64,000 nt of DNA from Microbotryum violaceum (GCA_001244265.2 CDLV01000005.1:1488001-1552000); one strand, 5' to 3'; numbered from the stretch's first letter, positions 39,305-52,084 are shown. The notes: generated by a model from the letters alone, not told the origin. A program made the numbers and translations.

Positions 39305-41160
39305 CGTGCGAGGTGGCGAATGGCGACTTGAAAGAGAAAAGGGGGAGCGTCGCGACCAGCGGCGTCGAGAGCGAAACCGAACTCGCGCGGTGCCGAGCAA
39401 AGAGGTCGCGTGACAATGCTTTGGTGAAGATGTCCGCTGTCATCTCACCAGTGTTGATGTACTGGACGACAATATCGCCCATGGAAACCAAATCCCGGAC
39501 GAAGTGTTCGCGCAGGCGGATGTGCCGAGTCCGAGCATGAAATACCGGATTCTTGGTGAGAGCATTGGCACCTTGGTTGTCGCCGTAGATGAGGACGGGC
39601 TTTGAAGACGAAAGACCAAGCTCACCAAAGAGCTGACGCAGAAAGATTGCCTCCTTACCAGCGTGTGACAGTGCGAGGTACTCGGCGTCACAAGTGGAGT
39701 CGGCAACGCGCGATTGAAGCCGGGAGGACCATGAGACGGCAGCACCTGCATAGACAAAAGTGTAACCCATGGTCGACTTGGAAGAGAGGACGCATGCACC
39801 CCAGTTGCAGTCGGAGTAGCCCAAGAGCGGTGCCAGATCCCCACGAGTGTAGCGTAAGCCGTGAGGAAGAGTGCCAGCGATGTAACGGAAGGCGTGCTTG
39901 ACAGCTCCCCAGGCAGCAGCAGAAGGCGAGTGAGAGAAGCGAGCCAATTAACCGACGGTGTAAGCCAGGTCGGGCCGAGTACCAGTGGATGCATACATGA
40001 GGGAGCCAATGGCTTGCAGGTACCGAGTGCGATCCGGAAAAGGGGTGGGCTGGAGCTCGACTTCAAGGCGGAGATCGGACTGCATGGGAGTCGCGACCGG
40101 ATGGGCGTCGGACATGCCAAATCGAGCAAGGACGTCCTTGAGGTACTGCTCCTGACTCAGGGAGATGGAGCTGTCTGGAGAACGCCGGATCTGAATGCCG
40201 AGGACGTATTCCGCCTCACCAAGCCGTTTGACACCATAGCGCTGCTCAAGACCCTGAAGGGTACGCTCAATCTCGGGGAGAGGGGCTGATCATGAGCAGG
40301 TCGTCGACATAGAGCGCAATGTAGTGGCGCACATCGCCCGTTGTCCTGACGTAGACGCAGTGGTCGGATTCGGTGGCAACATAGCCAAGTGCGGACAAGG
40401 CAGAGTCAATCTTGTCGTTCCAGATGCGACCGGCCTGGCGCAAGCCGTAGAGGGACCGATGCAGTTGGAGGACCTTGCCTGGCATGTAGATGCCATCAGG
40501 TACACGAATGTACAGGGGTGCATCGAGTTTGCCGTGCAGGTAGGCTTTGTCAATGTCGGCCTGGTGGACGTGGTACCCATGAGCAGCAGCAAGAGCCAGG
40601 AGTGCGCGGATGGAGGTGAATTTGGCCACGGGTGCAAAGGTCTCGTCAAAGTCGATGCCAGAGCGTTGGGAGTCACCACGAGCAACGAGACGGCCCTTGT
40701 AGGACTTGACTTGGCCATGCTGGTCGCGTTTGGTGCGGAAGACAAAGCGGGAGCCCAGGACCTTGGCGTCTGCTGGGACAAGGGACTCGTCAATTGGTGT
40801 GAACGCCGAAAAATCTCGCAAGAGTGAGTCAAACTCGTCGCGGGCCGCAAGACGCCATTCATCCGCTTGAGGGGTGGCCATGGCCGCTCGCCAGTGAGGT
40901 GGGTCACGAGCGGGGGCAATCAGTTCCGCAGGGTCGGCGGGCGAGGTCTCAATGAGGGCGGCAGCGCCAGAGGCAAGGTAGGCCACGGCAGAGGGTGAGT
41001 GGAGTGCGTCATCCACATCGTCGGGAAACTCCTGCGCCTGGCATAGCAAAGCAACATCGCGTGGGCGTGGCAGGAGATCGATCGGGTCCGGGGAGTCGGA
41101 CCGAGCGGGTGAGGATGGTGCTGGCAATACACGGGAGGCCACGGGCGCAGCCAAGTCGTG
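39300..41160 (-). mobile_element. Ty1/copia pol remnant (RT + RNase H), frameshifted, lacking gag/PR/IN
   Basis: YKGRLVARGDSQRSGIDFDETFAPV, QADIDKAYLHG, SLYGLRQAGRIW, LYVDDLL; frameshift near 40280; RNase H GYSDCNWG, SWSSRLQ, AEYLAL, DNQGA, ADIFTKAL. Confidence 0.95.
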
Positions 41161-42417
41161 CCCCACACTCCGCCTCGCGCCCTGCGGTCGCCCCGCTACC
41201 CGAACGTCTCCGCCCGCTCCCGCTCGCCGCTCGCCTTTGGGCTCCGCTCCGAGTCGCTTCTCTTTCTCTTCTACCTTCCCTGTTCTCCTCGCCAAGAACC
41301 CGACTCCAGTATCCTCCCTGCTTTCAGTATGCCCGAAACTTTCTCAACCTCGCTCCCTGTCCCGTCCAACGGTCCCCGCCGATTTGAATCTCCAGATCGA
41401 CCTTTCTCGTTCCCCTTTTCCTTCTCTCCGCGACGACCCTGTCACCGTAAGCAAGTCGTTCATCCTTCCGCCAGCCAAATCCCTCCCGTCATGCCCGACC
41501 CAGAGCATTGCGCCAAAATGTCGTTCGCAACAACGTAGAGTAGTCCTGTCATCATACAGCACTTCCACGCCTTACAACTCGATGCCGCGACCGCCCACGC
41601 ACTGCGAAGACAGCCCGGACTCGACTCGGCGGACGCCACGACATTTGCTGAAACATCATGGCTGCACCTCTTCGTTAGATTCAAAATCTGAGAAAAATCA
41701 AAGTCTTGTTAAAGTTAAAGCTTCGTTTACGGATCGAAAGGTGATGTCACCCAAACAGCACGATGATGGCTAGGCTACTAGTATCCGTCACTTCGAGACC
41801 TGATGTGACACATCACGTGATTCACGTCCCGGATCGTGAACGCGTTAACCCTGGCTTCCGCCGATTGTGTAACAGTCCGTGTTGGTAATCTGATGCGGTG
41901 GTATGGTATTTTGGTGCTTGCTGCATCGGCTTGTGATGAGTGAGGACTAGCTTCACTTACTTGGCGGGACCTTGACCCGTGCAGTCAAATACGACTACGA
42001 ACTTTTTGAAACCGAAGTGGTGCTCCACCTGAGTCTGATGTCAAGATTCATGAAAGCCCCGACAGCACTCGGGCGATGGCGCGCTTTCGAGTCGATGAAA
42101 CGACGAAAACGAGACGACGAAAACCTGAAATTTCGAAGCTCTGTAATTTTTCTCTGGATTCTTTCAGTAAGAGGTATGCAAAACGAGAGACGCTTATGGA
42201 CCTAATAGACGGAACTCTGCCCAGAACGTGCGGTGATGATGATGACCACCCCAGTCGCAAACTTTGACCACTTGATCTTCGTATGCTGGCGCCGCTGCGC
42301 AGTGAGAGGCAGTGAGTGGCACGCGTCACGCGTCTGGCAAGCCGCGCCTGCCGCCGTACTCCATCGCACCTAACTTTGCCGTCGCTGCACGGCGCCGCCG
42401 CTCGTCAAACATCAGCT

Positions 42418-44869
42418 ATGGCAACCACGTCGAACAAAGCTCCACCTGAGCCAGAGAGGTTGAGACTCGACCTTGCTGTGAGTCGCACCCGTAAACAGGG
42501 CGAGCCGAGTTGACACGGACCTCGAGGGCTGAGCCCGCTGTTGAGATCGCAATCCTCCGCGACGGACAGTGCAACCCATCTGCAGCCGTAGCGTCGATTA
42601 AGCCAGCGCGCTCAAGTTCCCCGTCGACCGCGTTCAACCCGGTGATGCCGATTGTCGAGGCCCTCCGGGAGGGCTCTTGGAAGAGGGCCGACCAAGCTGT
42701 GCTTCGCAACGAGATCGTGCCACGTGTGCTACTGAGCTCGACCACTGACCTGATCGAGGAGGTGTTTGACATACCAAGGACCCACTTCGAGCTGATGTGG
42801 CACCGTGCTGGGCTGTCGGGAGTAGCACAAGACGCGCAAGGATCGCATCTAGTTCGCTTTCGAAAAGATTTGAGGTTCTGTAAGGCAAGGCCAAGAACGT
42901 GCCGACTGCGAGCTGGATTGAGGGTGTTGCGCGACATGTGGGTCAGAACGGCAGTCGAACTCGCGATTCAGTGGGATTTTTACCTCCCAGCCGAGGATAC
43001 TGAACAGCTGTTCCTCTTCCCACTACCTCGCAGTGCCATGCTCACCACAAGCGACCGCACGAATTCAGACTCTCTGCCGCGGTGGCTCAGCGCCCTTGCC
43101 GGATCGGGGTGCACGACGAGCTTAACGACTACGATGAGTACACTGATGTGAAAGACCTGCCCTCCCTAACGACGCCTTTCTTGACCTGCGCAAGAGACGC
43201 CCCCTCATCACCCTCTGGTGCCACGATCTGGAACCGAGTCATGGTCATGGTCGCGGTCGATCGCTCGCCGCGGCTTGCTTCGTCGTACGACGCGGGTGAC
43301 GAGGTGCATGCGCCTGAGCTGGTCAGGCTGGTGTTTGATGTCATCGAACACGTACTTGCACAACCGAGTCGGCTGTATGCACCCGGGTTGGCGATCAATG
43401 AGAACGTGGCGTACTTGGTTGTGCTCGACCTCGAGACGTGTCGAGTCGCCACCATCTCGGACTGCTGGCAGACGGGCTTCGGCGAGTTATCGGCGGTGCT
43501 CTCGGTCCTGCTCGACGTCGACGTCTACACGGCTGGGTTCCCCTCCTTCCTCAGCTACAAGTGCTTGCCTTCGAGTGGAATCACGGCAGTGTCACTGCTC
43601 ACTTCAGTCTTTGGCTCGTCGGCGGGGCGCACCGTCCAGCTCGAGGAGGAGAAGCCGATCGCACTCTTGTCTAGCCCGGCCGCGAAACGGGGCTCGGTCT
43701 TCTCCCGGAGCACGGCGGTGTTTCATCTCACACGCCCCAGTTTGCAGTGTGAAAGCGGAGGTCCTGGAGGATCGTTGGGATTTTCGTTCGTGTTCAAGAT
43801 GAAGTTCGTCAGCCCGAGCACTGCGAAGGTTGAGCTCGACATGTTCGAACAGATCACCCAGGCGGTCGACGGGGGTATGCTGCCGCCGACTGTCGCGAAG
43901 CATCTCGCTCTATTCGAGCTCGCCGCCTCGCTTTCGCAGTATCAGTCGCAGGTCGAGGACACTTGTCTTCCTCCTCCACCTCCTGCGCCCGAAGATTTTT
44001 TCCAGCTGGTATGGCCACCCCCACGTGGATTGTTACGACGCACGCTCGAGTTGCTCGTGCTGCGCAATCCGACGCCCTTACCCGCGCCGCTCGTGGATAC
44101 GGCGCTACCCGGTGAGGCAACAACACTCTCGATCAGACACAGTCTACAGGTCTTCGACCAACTGCTCGCCGTTTTAGCGACGTTGGCCGAATACCACTTC
44201 CATCATCGTGATCTATCGGTGGGTCACATTCTGCACTACCAAGCGCATCTCGTGCTGGTCGACTGGAGCGCAGGGATTGTGGCACGCCTTTCGGCGTCAG
44301 AGTCGGTGTCAGTGGGCGCCGAAGAGGCCGGATTTCTGAGAGGATCACCCGATTCGGCTCCATTGGACTGGCTCCATTGAAACAGAAGCCGGCTCAATTG
44401 GAACACCGACCCCGAACTGCGACCTCTACCGCGCTACAAGCTCGGGCATGTGCTCGAGTCCACGATCTACTGCTTTGTCAACGTCTTGTCCTACCGCATT
44501 GCGCCGCAGGAAGACATATGGCGCTTTCTGCGCCATCAGCACCAGCCCGACGAAGTCGAGCATCCAACCGACTACTGTCATCTACGAGGCGTCATCTGGA
44601 AGTGCAGCCCTTCAGAGGTATTCTTCCAGTTTGAGAAACGAGAGGAGCTCCTGGCAGCGATCCGCAGCGAAGATGCCGAACTTGGAGACCTCGTTGACGA
44701 TGTGACGAATGAATGGCCACTGTGGGTGACAGACGACGATGGTTCTAAGGCTTTATGGGCTGCGGTGCAAGCCAAACTTTACTTCCTCTCCATGAAGAGA
44801 AGTGGGACCTTATTACTACCTTATGGAACTATAAACCAGTGGGATCCCGTTGAATTAACGGGCGGATGA
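42418..44869 (+). pseudogene. Fungal-type (FunK1-like) protein kinase gene with an in-frame premature stop
   Basis: HHRDLSVGHIL, LVLVDWS, LRGSPDSAPLDWL, then TGA at 44378-44380; the same frame resumes to RYKLGHVLESTIYCF (cf. FunK1 HDLES..Y); 5' exons have GTGAGT/GTAAGG donors. Confidence 0.7.
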
Positions 44870-45306
44870 AATTCAAATTGCATGAGAATCGAAGAACAGT
44901 CTACATGATTTCAGCAGAGGTAAACAAACACAAACAAAAAACGCAAAGATGTTCCATTCATCGCCGAAACAGCCTGCCCATTCAAACATTCGTGCAATCA
45001 GATCTGGACAGTGGCATGCTTTGGCGTTCGGCCACAGTGCAGCCTTGATCTCCGGCCATTTGCGAATGGAGTCGCGCGTCACCGTGATGAACAGCTCGGA
45101 GGCTTTCCATGTTTGACAACGCACGCCATCGTAGCGTCCGTGTAAGTAGTATGCAAAGCATTGTGAGTCTGACACCGCTGGCGCGCCGCATCACGTGACA
45201 GACGCCTGCCTCGCCCCGCGCGTCAGGCGTCAGGCGCCAGCGCGCCAGGCGCTAGGCGGAGCTCTGCTGTAGAAGCAATGTCATGCAAAGCCACACGCTT
45301 GCCGTC

Positions 45307-45351
45307 CATTAAATACAACATCATTAAATACAACATCATTAAATACAACAT
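45307..45351. repeat. Tandem repeat, 3 x 15 bp CATTAAATACAACAT
   Basis: Three perfect copies read directly. Confidence 0.95.
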
Positions 45352-46238
45352 AAGTGTTCGCACAGTTATAAGTCAATGAAAACGTGACGGAAAATACTGG
45401 GAACGCTGTAGCTTCGTTCGACTGGCGCGAAAAAAACAAAAGTTGCCACAGAGCTTGTACGTGACTTCTGATCGGAACATGGACACCACAGGCAGGTGTG
45501 GAAGACACAACAGTGTGCTGGTAAATCACTACAGGCGGCCCGGAGGGCCGCAACCTAGTTAAAAACAGCAATTTTAGGTGCATTCCTTAACTCATACTTT
45601 TTTTTCTAGTTAGAGTAATAGAGGTAGTAAAGGTAATACACAAAAATCGTCGATCCGCGACCCATGTGCCTCAAATCGCTGGTGTCGACTGTGTTTACTG
45701 TTTCGGTTCTGTGGTCGCTGTTGACTTTGTTTGTATTTGTGTAGTGATATAATGCAGTGCAGAGTGGTAAGAGCCGCTGAACGTGCACAATTCTAGCGGC
45801 GAAGAGCAAGCTTTAACGAAGGTTTGTTTGAGAGTAGTGATCGTATTCGAATTGTACAAAGTTATATATGTCAAATCGAATGCGACGATTGCATCCGGGG
45901 ACGATTGTATTGGGTCACTGAGTCTGCTCTACAAGAACGACGTGCGTGGCCTGGTCGCGAGTGTACGATGGCGGCTCGGGCCTGTTTGACCGCGATCCAG
46001 CAACCAATTGCGAGCAATTCGATCTTCATGTGGAAGAGATGGATGTTATTTGAAGCTTCCGTGTGTGGATGATGACGAGTCCTCTGAGCTGGGTCGCTCG
46101 GTTGTGGATGGCGGAAAGGGACCTTCTCGACTCTCATGGCCGAACATCGAACACATCGGTCTCTTGTCTTGCCCCCCTGCCTTGAATGCAATGCTTCCCC
46201 GACTTCCTCCTCTGCCCCTTCGATTTGCTTGATAGAGA

Positions 46239-46924
46239 TCAACGCAAGATGACGCCTTGACCGCGGTTCGCGAGGTAGGATTGAATGACCCCGGGTTGGA
46301 ACGTCTTGATGACTTCGTACACCTCGGGATTGTGGTAGTGTAGAGTGGAGGCTGGGTCGACGTATTTCGCCTTGAGAACAAGGGTAGATACGAAAATGTT
46401 AGGAAAGAAAAAGGAGAATGTCTGATGCCGTGAGCATCACCTACCTCGAGGCCTGTAACGTCGCAGTACTTCTTCGCGGGGAGGACCGAAGGCGCGGCGT
46501 CGATCGACATGTCTACAACGAGAGGGATGCCGCATGAGCGCCTTGGTGTGAGGGAGAAGCGAACTCTGCACTCACAACTGTCGACATCCATCAACCCCGT
46601 CGTTGTTGTCGTCGCGGATGTGCCGCCGTTCGCAGCCGCAGCGGGCACGGCGCCTACCCAGGTCTCGGAGCGAGTCTTGATGACGTTGTCGACGCGTTCC
46701 TTTTCAAGCGCGATGACTTGTTTGAGGTTCTTGTTGCGTCGTGAGGACGAACGTTGCGCCCATTGAGCGGACTTGAAGGGCTTGGGGAGGTGGGCGTACG
46801 AGTGCTCTTCGGCGTAGTTCTGTAGACGACGAATTGGGCAGTGAGCGAACCGAGGTTCTCGCGGCAGGGTTAGGTACAGGGGTCAAAGGCTTACAGTCAA
46901 CGGGGTGCTGTAGCCACTTGCCAT
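46239..46924 (-). CDS. IES6: INO80 complex subunit Ies6 (YL1_C domain)
   Basis: KPFKSAQW..RRNKNLKQVI; MSIDAAPSVLPAKKYCDVTGLE|AKYVDPASTLHYHNPEVY..YLANRG. Confidence 0.92.
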
Positions 46925-47542
46925 GGTGGAAGAGGTGTTCAAAGTGACGGGATTGAGGAAAGAGCTGACTCTGGCTGAATCGGGTTCGCGTGAGAGCGAG
47001 GGCGTGGAGCGAACGACTCGTGCGGGTTGATCTGTAGGCTACCAGTAGAGTGACAAGGCCGAGTGCAGGAGTCCTGTGATGGCGATGCGCGACTGGGCGT
47101 CCAAACGGATGATCAACGCGAAGGGGAGACTATAACGAGGAGAACAACCAATCGCGTGACCGACGGCACGGGACTCCTTCTCGCTCCTTCTCTCACTGCC
47201 GCTTCCAGTCCCATTTTTCGCTACTTGCCAATTTGAGTCGACTAGTACCGGTGTTTCCGATTCTCTCGTCTTGATTCCAGACGCGCTAAAGTCTTGTCCA
47301 AACTGTCGGCCTTCATTCCTCAACCTTTTCGACGAGTGATCCGACCGGCAAGTTCGATTGCTCGACCTCGTCCGAATCATCCGTTTCGTCAGCGTGTGCA
47401 AGTTGGGCCCCGCATCCACCGCCCCACCGACCCTTCAAGCTCTGACGCCTTCCTCAATCTCAGCGGCCACATAGGAATCACCACTCCCAACGCCTACACG
47501 ACTTCATCACATAGATTGGCCGCTCCGGAACAGATAGAGAGG

Positions 47543-48637
47543 ATGAACACCGCCACTCCGCCCCCACCTATGAGCCAGCTTCACGGGATCCTCGCCGAAG
47601 ATGCCGCTGACAAGCACCCGACCGACACCGCCGATCAAGGTGGGTTCTCATCGCACTGCGCTCGTTCTGAACGGTTTCTCTAAGACTAATGCGCCGGTTT
47701 TGAACAGGATGGGATCGAGCTTGGGCCAAAGGATGTACCCCGTGGGACTCCAAGGACGTGCAACCCGCGCTCAAGGAACTGGTCGATTCCAACTGGCACA
47801 AGGTCCAGCTTGGTGACGTCGCAAAATGGGGCGAGGACTCGGTCACCACCCCTGGATCCAAGGCTCTCATCGCGGGCTGCGGAAGAGTCAGTGCGGAAAC
47901 TTCAGCTACACTCAACACATACTGAGCTGACTTTGAGGTTGAGGTTTAGGGGTACGACGCCACCTTCTTCGCTGCTCGGGGCCTCGACTCGCTGGGACTT
48001 GATCTGTCCCCCACCGCCGTCAAAGCCGCTCAAGATCTGTACAATGCGACCGAGAACGCACCAAAGAACGTCGAATTGTGCGTTTCACTTCTAGTCTTTC
48101 GCAACAGATCATCAACGATGAGTTTGATAGTCCCTGACTGCTTCTCTCCCCCACAGCCGAGCGGCAGATTTCTTCACATTCCCCCCACCCGTAGCGGGCT
48201 TGGATCTGGCGTACGACTACACCTTCTTCTGCGCCATCCCTCCCGAGTTGAGACAATCGTGGGCGGACAGGTACGCCCAGATCATACGAAAAGGAGGAGT
48301 CCTGATCACTCTAATGTTCCCTATCGGTCAGTCGATGGGAACATCTCAGCTGCCCGAGTTGGATGGATCGCCGAGCTGATGGGTTCATCGTTCGCTTGGC
48401 GCTTTGGAAAAGATGGGGACAGAAGCTGGGGACCCCCTTTCAGCGTATCCGAAGAGATGTACGACCAGTATCTGAGCAAACATTTCGAGTGAGTCGTTTA
48501 TTCAAAAGAATTATGAGAATGCCCAGCTCATGCATGCGTTTTGGACCATCCACAGGAAAGTTTACTCGGAGAATCCTGCCGCTTCGATGGAAGAGAGGAA
48601 GGGGAGAGAGAAGATGGCAGTCTGGAAACGACGATGA
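47543..48637 (+). CDS. Halide/thiocyanate/thiol S-methyltransferase (TPMT/HOL family), 6 exons
   Basis: Spliced product GWDRAWAKGCTPWD, ALIAGCGR|GYD, GLDLSPTAV, DFF, YDYTFFCAIPPELRQSWA, LITLMFPI, GPPFSVS, REKMAVWKRR-stop. Confidence 0.88.
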
Positions 48638-49173
48638 CGGCAAGGCAGGATGGTCCATCTAAGCTTTCTCTAATTCAAACCGAAGATGTCTTAGACGTCG
48701 ACTTGTATCCCCAAGACAGCCACGATGCACTGTATCAAAATTGCGGCAATGTGCATTTCATGAGTTATCGTGGCACTATTGTCGTCCCCCCCGCTTTAGC
48801 TCCTCAAAACGGCGTCGTCCTGCTGCCACTTCTTTGCGAGACCAGATCGTGATGGCCCAGATAGCAAAGGCACTGACACCTCGGTAAATTTGAACCACAT
48901 ATTTGGCTCCTTTGTCGGGCATTCAGCATTCGCGTTCATCCTGGCATTGTTGGTATGCGTCTTGGTATCTTAAGGCAGGCGAACGGTACGCCACACTTCG
49001 TGAGCGGGCGGCACGTGGCAGCGATGATCTGTCGATCTTTGCGGGACTTACTGTAACTTTGGATGTTTCATCTGCTTGCCCTTGATGCAATTTCTAACAG
49101 GCGGCGTCAGACCCATAGCCAGTCCGTCAGTATTGTAACAGGTGACAGAGAAGCCGCTGAGCCCGCCCCGGAT

Positions 49174-49579
49174 CAATGAAGCTTTGCAAGAGTTGACAAT
49201 AGCCTTCCGCTCCTAGCACGTTGATTGCACATGTGCGTCAGGCAGAGATAATTTCTCGGTGTACTCACCTGCATGTTGAACCCACAACAGAGCGCCGGGA
49301 TTTCTTGCAGCTCAAGTGGTTGCAGTGGAAACGGGGCAAGTGGATGTGGAACTTGAATGCTTCTTGGCCGTACTGGGAGCTGAGGCAGCTAGGTTCGCAA
49401 GTAAGTGCACAGGGACGAAACGTCAATGTTCCTCTTGGAACTATAAAACAACACTCGGAACGCTTTGAGTAGAGCTGGGAGTCTTGCTCAGAGTCCGGAC
49501 CTGGATTCGGACCTATGGAGAGCGCCAGAGCAAGGCCGACGAAGACTATGAGAAGAAGCAAGACGAGGAATTTGCGCAT
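49174..49579 (-). CDS. Candidate small secreted protein with signal peptide, KR site and Cys residues; 3' exon structure and stop unresolved
   Basis: MRKFLVLLLLIVFVGLALA, acidic spacer ending SKR, Cys residues downstream; GTGAGT donor near 49268 with CTGAC branch and TAG acceptor near 49213. Confidence 0.5.
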
Positions 49580-50157
49580 GGTGACGTGGATTTCGACATG
49601 GAGGGTCGTATTTAAGCAAGTGATGGGAAGGAAGCAGAGAGCAATGATCAGGATGCGAATCGTAGGTTCCTCGCTCGGAAATGCGGCTTCGCCCTGCTTC
49701 GGTCAACTCGGTATTGGGCGAATGGGCCGCCTGACGAACGGTACGTGCTAGCGCAGCTCCTGAATCGGTCCCGAGCTGTCGCCCGCGTGACCGCATGCTC
49801 CGATCATGGTTTTTTTAGTCACTAGTGGGAACGCATAGCAATATAATCGAACAGTATACAGTATACGAAGGGATTTCAGCAGGGTTTGAAATTGGAGCAG
49901 ACCACTCTGTGTGGAAGCGGCGCAAGCGCATTCGGTTTCCGTTCAGTCTCGAGTACGTATGCACCGCGTGCTCGTCGGCCCCTGTTCGGCATAACAGCTC
50001 GGTGTTTCGGCTACCTATTATTTTCCGAGCGCTAGTGCCGGGCCTTGCGTGCACAGCACACCAGGGGTGGATACCCGGAATGTGAGACTCGGGATGCTCG
50101 GCAAGATCGTAGCTGAGATGCTATCGATGCCGAACTCGTGCGAGATTTCGGGATCTT

Positions 50158-50425
50158 TGTGAGGCCCGAGCGGCCTCGCACGCGCATGACCAACGACTGA
50201 ATTTGGCCGAAACCCGGCTAACCGGATATTGGACCATTATTGGCCAGCTTCCCCCTTTCGTGTAGTTCAGTCTCGGTCCTCTCTCTCCCTCTTAGAGGAA
50301 CACATTCATTCGAACCGACCCCCTGAAACCAGAATACAGTCTACAATACCTCTTCAAGGACAACGAATACGACGAGTCGATCGGCCCAGTACTCGCGATC
50401 CTTCTGTAAGGCCACCGGCCTTACA
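50158..50425 (+). mobile_element. LTR-like element with a hairpin at each end
   Basis: Starts TGTGAGGCC-CGAGC-GGCCTCGCA and ends TGTAAGGCC-ACC-GGCCTTACA; TCTT on both flanks. Confidence 0.55.
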
Positions 50426-50805
50426 TCTTTTTTTTATTGGACTTCAGCAACCCCAAACTCGACACCAAACCATCGCTGGAGAACAAGCCGATCGACGACC
50501 TTTACAACCAGCAGTCTCTCAAGATACTCTGCATAATACCTCTTGGACTGATCCCCTGAAGAAGGCGGTCTGCCTTGAAAAAGGTATCTGCTCTGGAAAC
50601 AGACAGGAAACCCCGTTGCTTGCAACGAACCCACCCTTGCGAAAGCGTCGACCTAGTGTTGGCGAGAGTAGCGAGACGTGTCAATTTTTACTCCTGAGTG
50701 GAAAGGCACAGACCTCTCTTTTTGAGAACGACCACGTTGCTTCGCTGGACGAAGTAACTGCTTTAAGTAGAGGACGTAATTAACCCTCGTATACTTGAAG
50801 ATACC

Positions 50806-51925
50806 ATGGCCGACAACAGAAGCGAGCGTGTGTTTACCACTTCGCTACGAAACCCGAGTATGAGGTTAGCTACCTCTCAACTACCCTGAAAGAGGAGACC
50901 CTAGCTGCACCCAAAAAAGACAAGGGTGTGGCACGAAGTGATGATTCACCATCACTAATTGGTGCCCGAGCAGCGATGCCACGGCTTCCAATGTCGACAC
51001 GGGCCGATGACCTCGCCCGAGAAAACCGACGTGTTTCGGCGCCGATGCCGAACCGAGAACGAACTGGCGGGTACCCCCATCTCAGGATGGAAGCCAGTAG
51101 CAGCACGAAAGTCCTTGACATCAAGGATGCTGCTGATTCCAGAGTTGAAAAAACTCCTTGCTGAAGAGATACCTGACACCCAACCGGCCGAGACGCTATT
51201 CGTTGGGTGATATCAACCTGCACAATCTTAGAGAGAGAAAAGTCAGGTTGGATGACCCCTCCTATTATGGGGGATCATACGAAATGAACTTAAATTCGTA
51301 TGACGAATCGGATCACACCACTGCATTTCGCACAGAATTGGAGAAAAAATCCGTGAGAACGAACGAACCCAGATCGGTCTCACTTTCAAGTGAAGATCGA
51401 TACCAGGGAGAACGATGAGAGGCCGCGTCAGAAGCAGCCCCGACTGCGAACCTTGCCCGACACGCAAGTCAGGAGGCGCCCCTCCGAAACAAATCGAAGC
51501 CGAGTCGCGGCAAGCAGCCGGCTCACCAAGACCCCAAGACCCCGAGCAATGATCGCAAAGCCAGACGAAAAGCCGCTTCTCAAGCTGCTTACACACCACG
51601 CAGAGGCGCGTTCATTGAACCCCCCTCAGATGACGACTCATCATCGTCGTCCTCGGAAGAAAGCGAGTCGGACTACGACCGTCATGATCAACGATCGCGA
51701 AGGAGCAAACGAAAGGCGCGCAAACCGCGCGACCCCCATTCATCAGACAGCGAGTCGTCGTCAGATGACGAACCCCGAAGATCCCGTCGGGAAGGAGCAT
51801 CGAGACCGCGAAGGCATGCTCGTGACCGTCACGAGTCATCTGATCGCTATGAGCGAGAAGAACGTGCCCCGCGCCCGAAAATCGAGACTCCGACGAAGTA
51901 CAGCGGATTGAAAGGCACGAGATTG
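50806..51925 (+). mobile_element. Degenerate gag-like remnant, possibly Ty3/gypsy
   Basis: Frameshifted low-complexity D/S/R-rich reading downstream of the LTR-like segment, ending RPKIETPTKYSG, similar to the K-x-x-x-P-x-K-Y-x-G start of gypsy capsids; then truncated. Confidence 0.4.
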
Positions 51926-52084
51926 CTCTCGAGCCTCACTGGTTCCGAGTTCAAACTGAAAGGATCAAACGGTGTAATTCGCAGGCGAAGAAAGACTACT
52001 AAAAGGACTAAGGTCAAGAGACGCGGCGGTGCCGCGCGCGAAGGCAAGCGTGAGCAGATCGGCAGGTCCGTTAACCCAGCCAAA

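Noticed and set aside
41490-41785. Possible Helitron 3' end or TIR pair
   Set aside because: The hairpin is imperfect, there is no properly placed CTRR, and the inverted match is too weak
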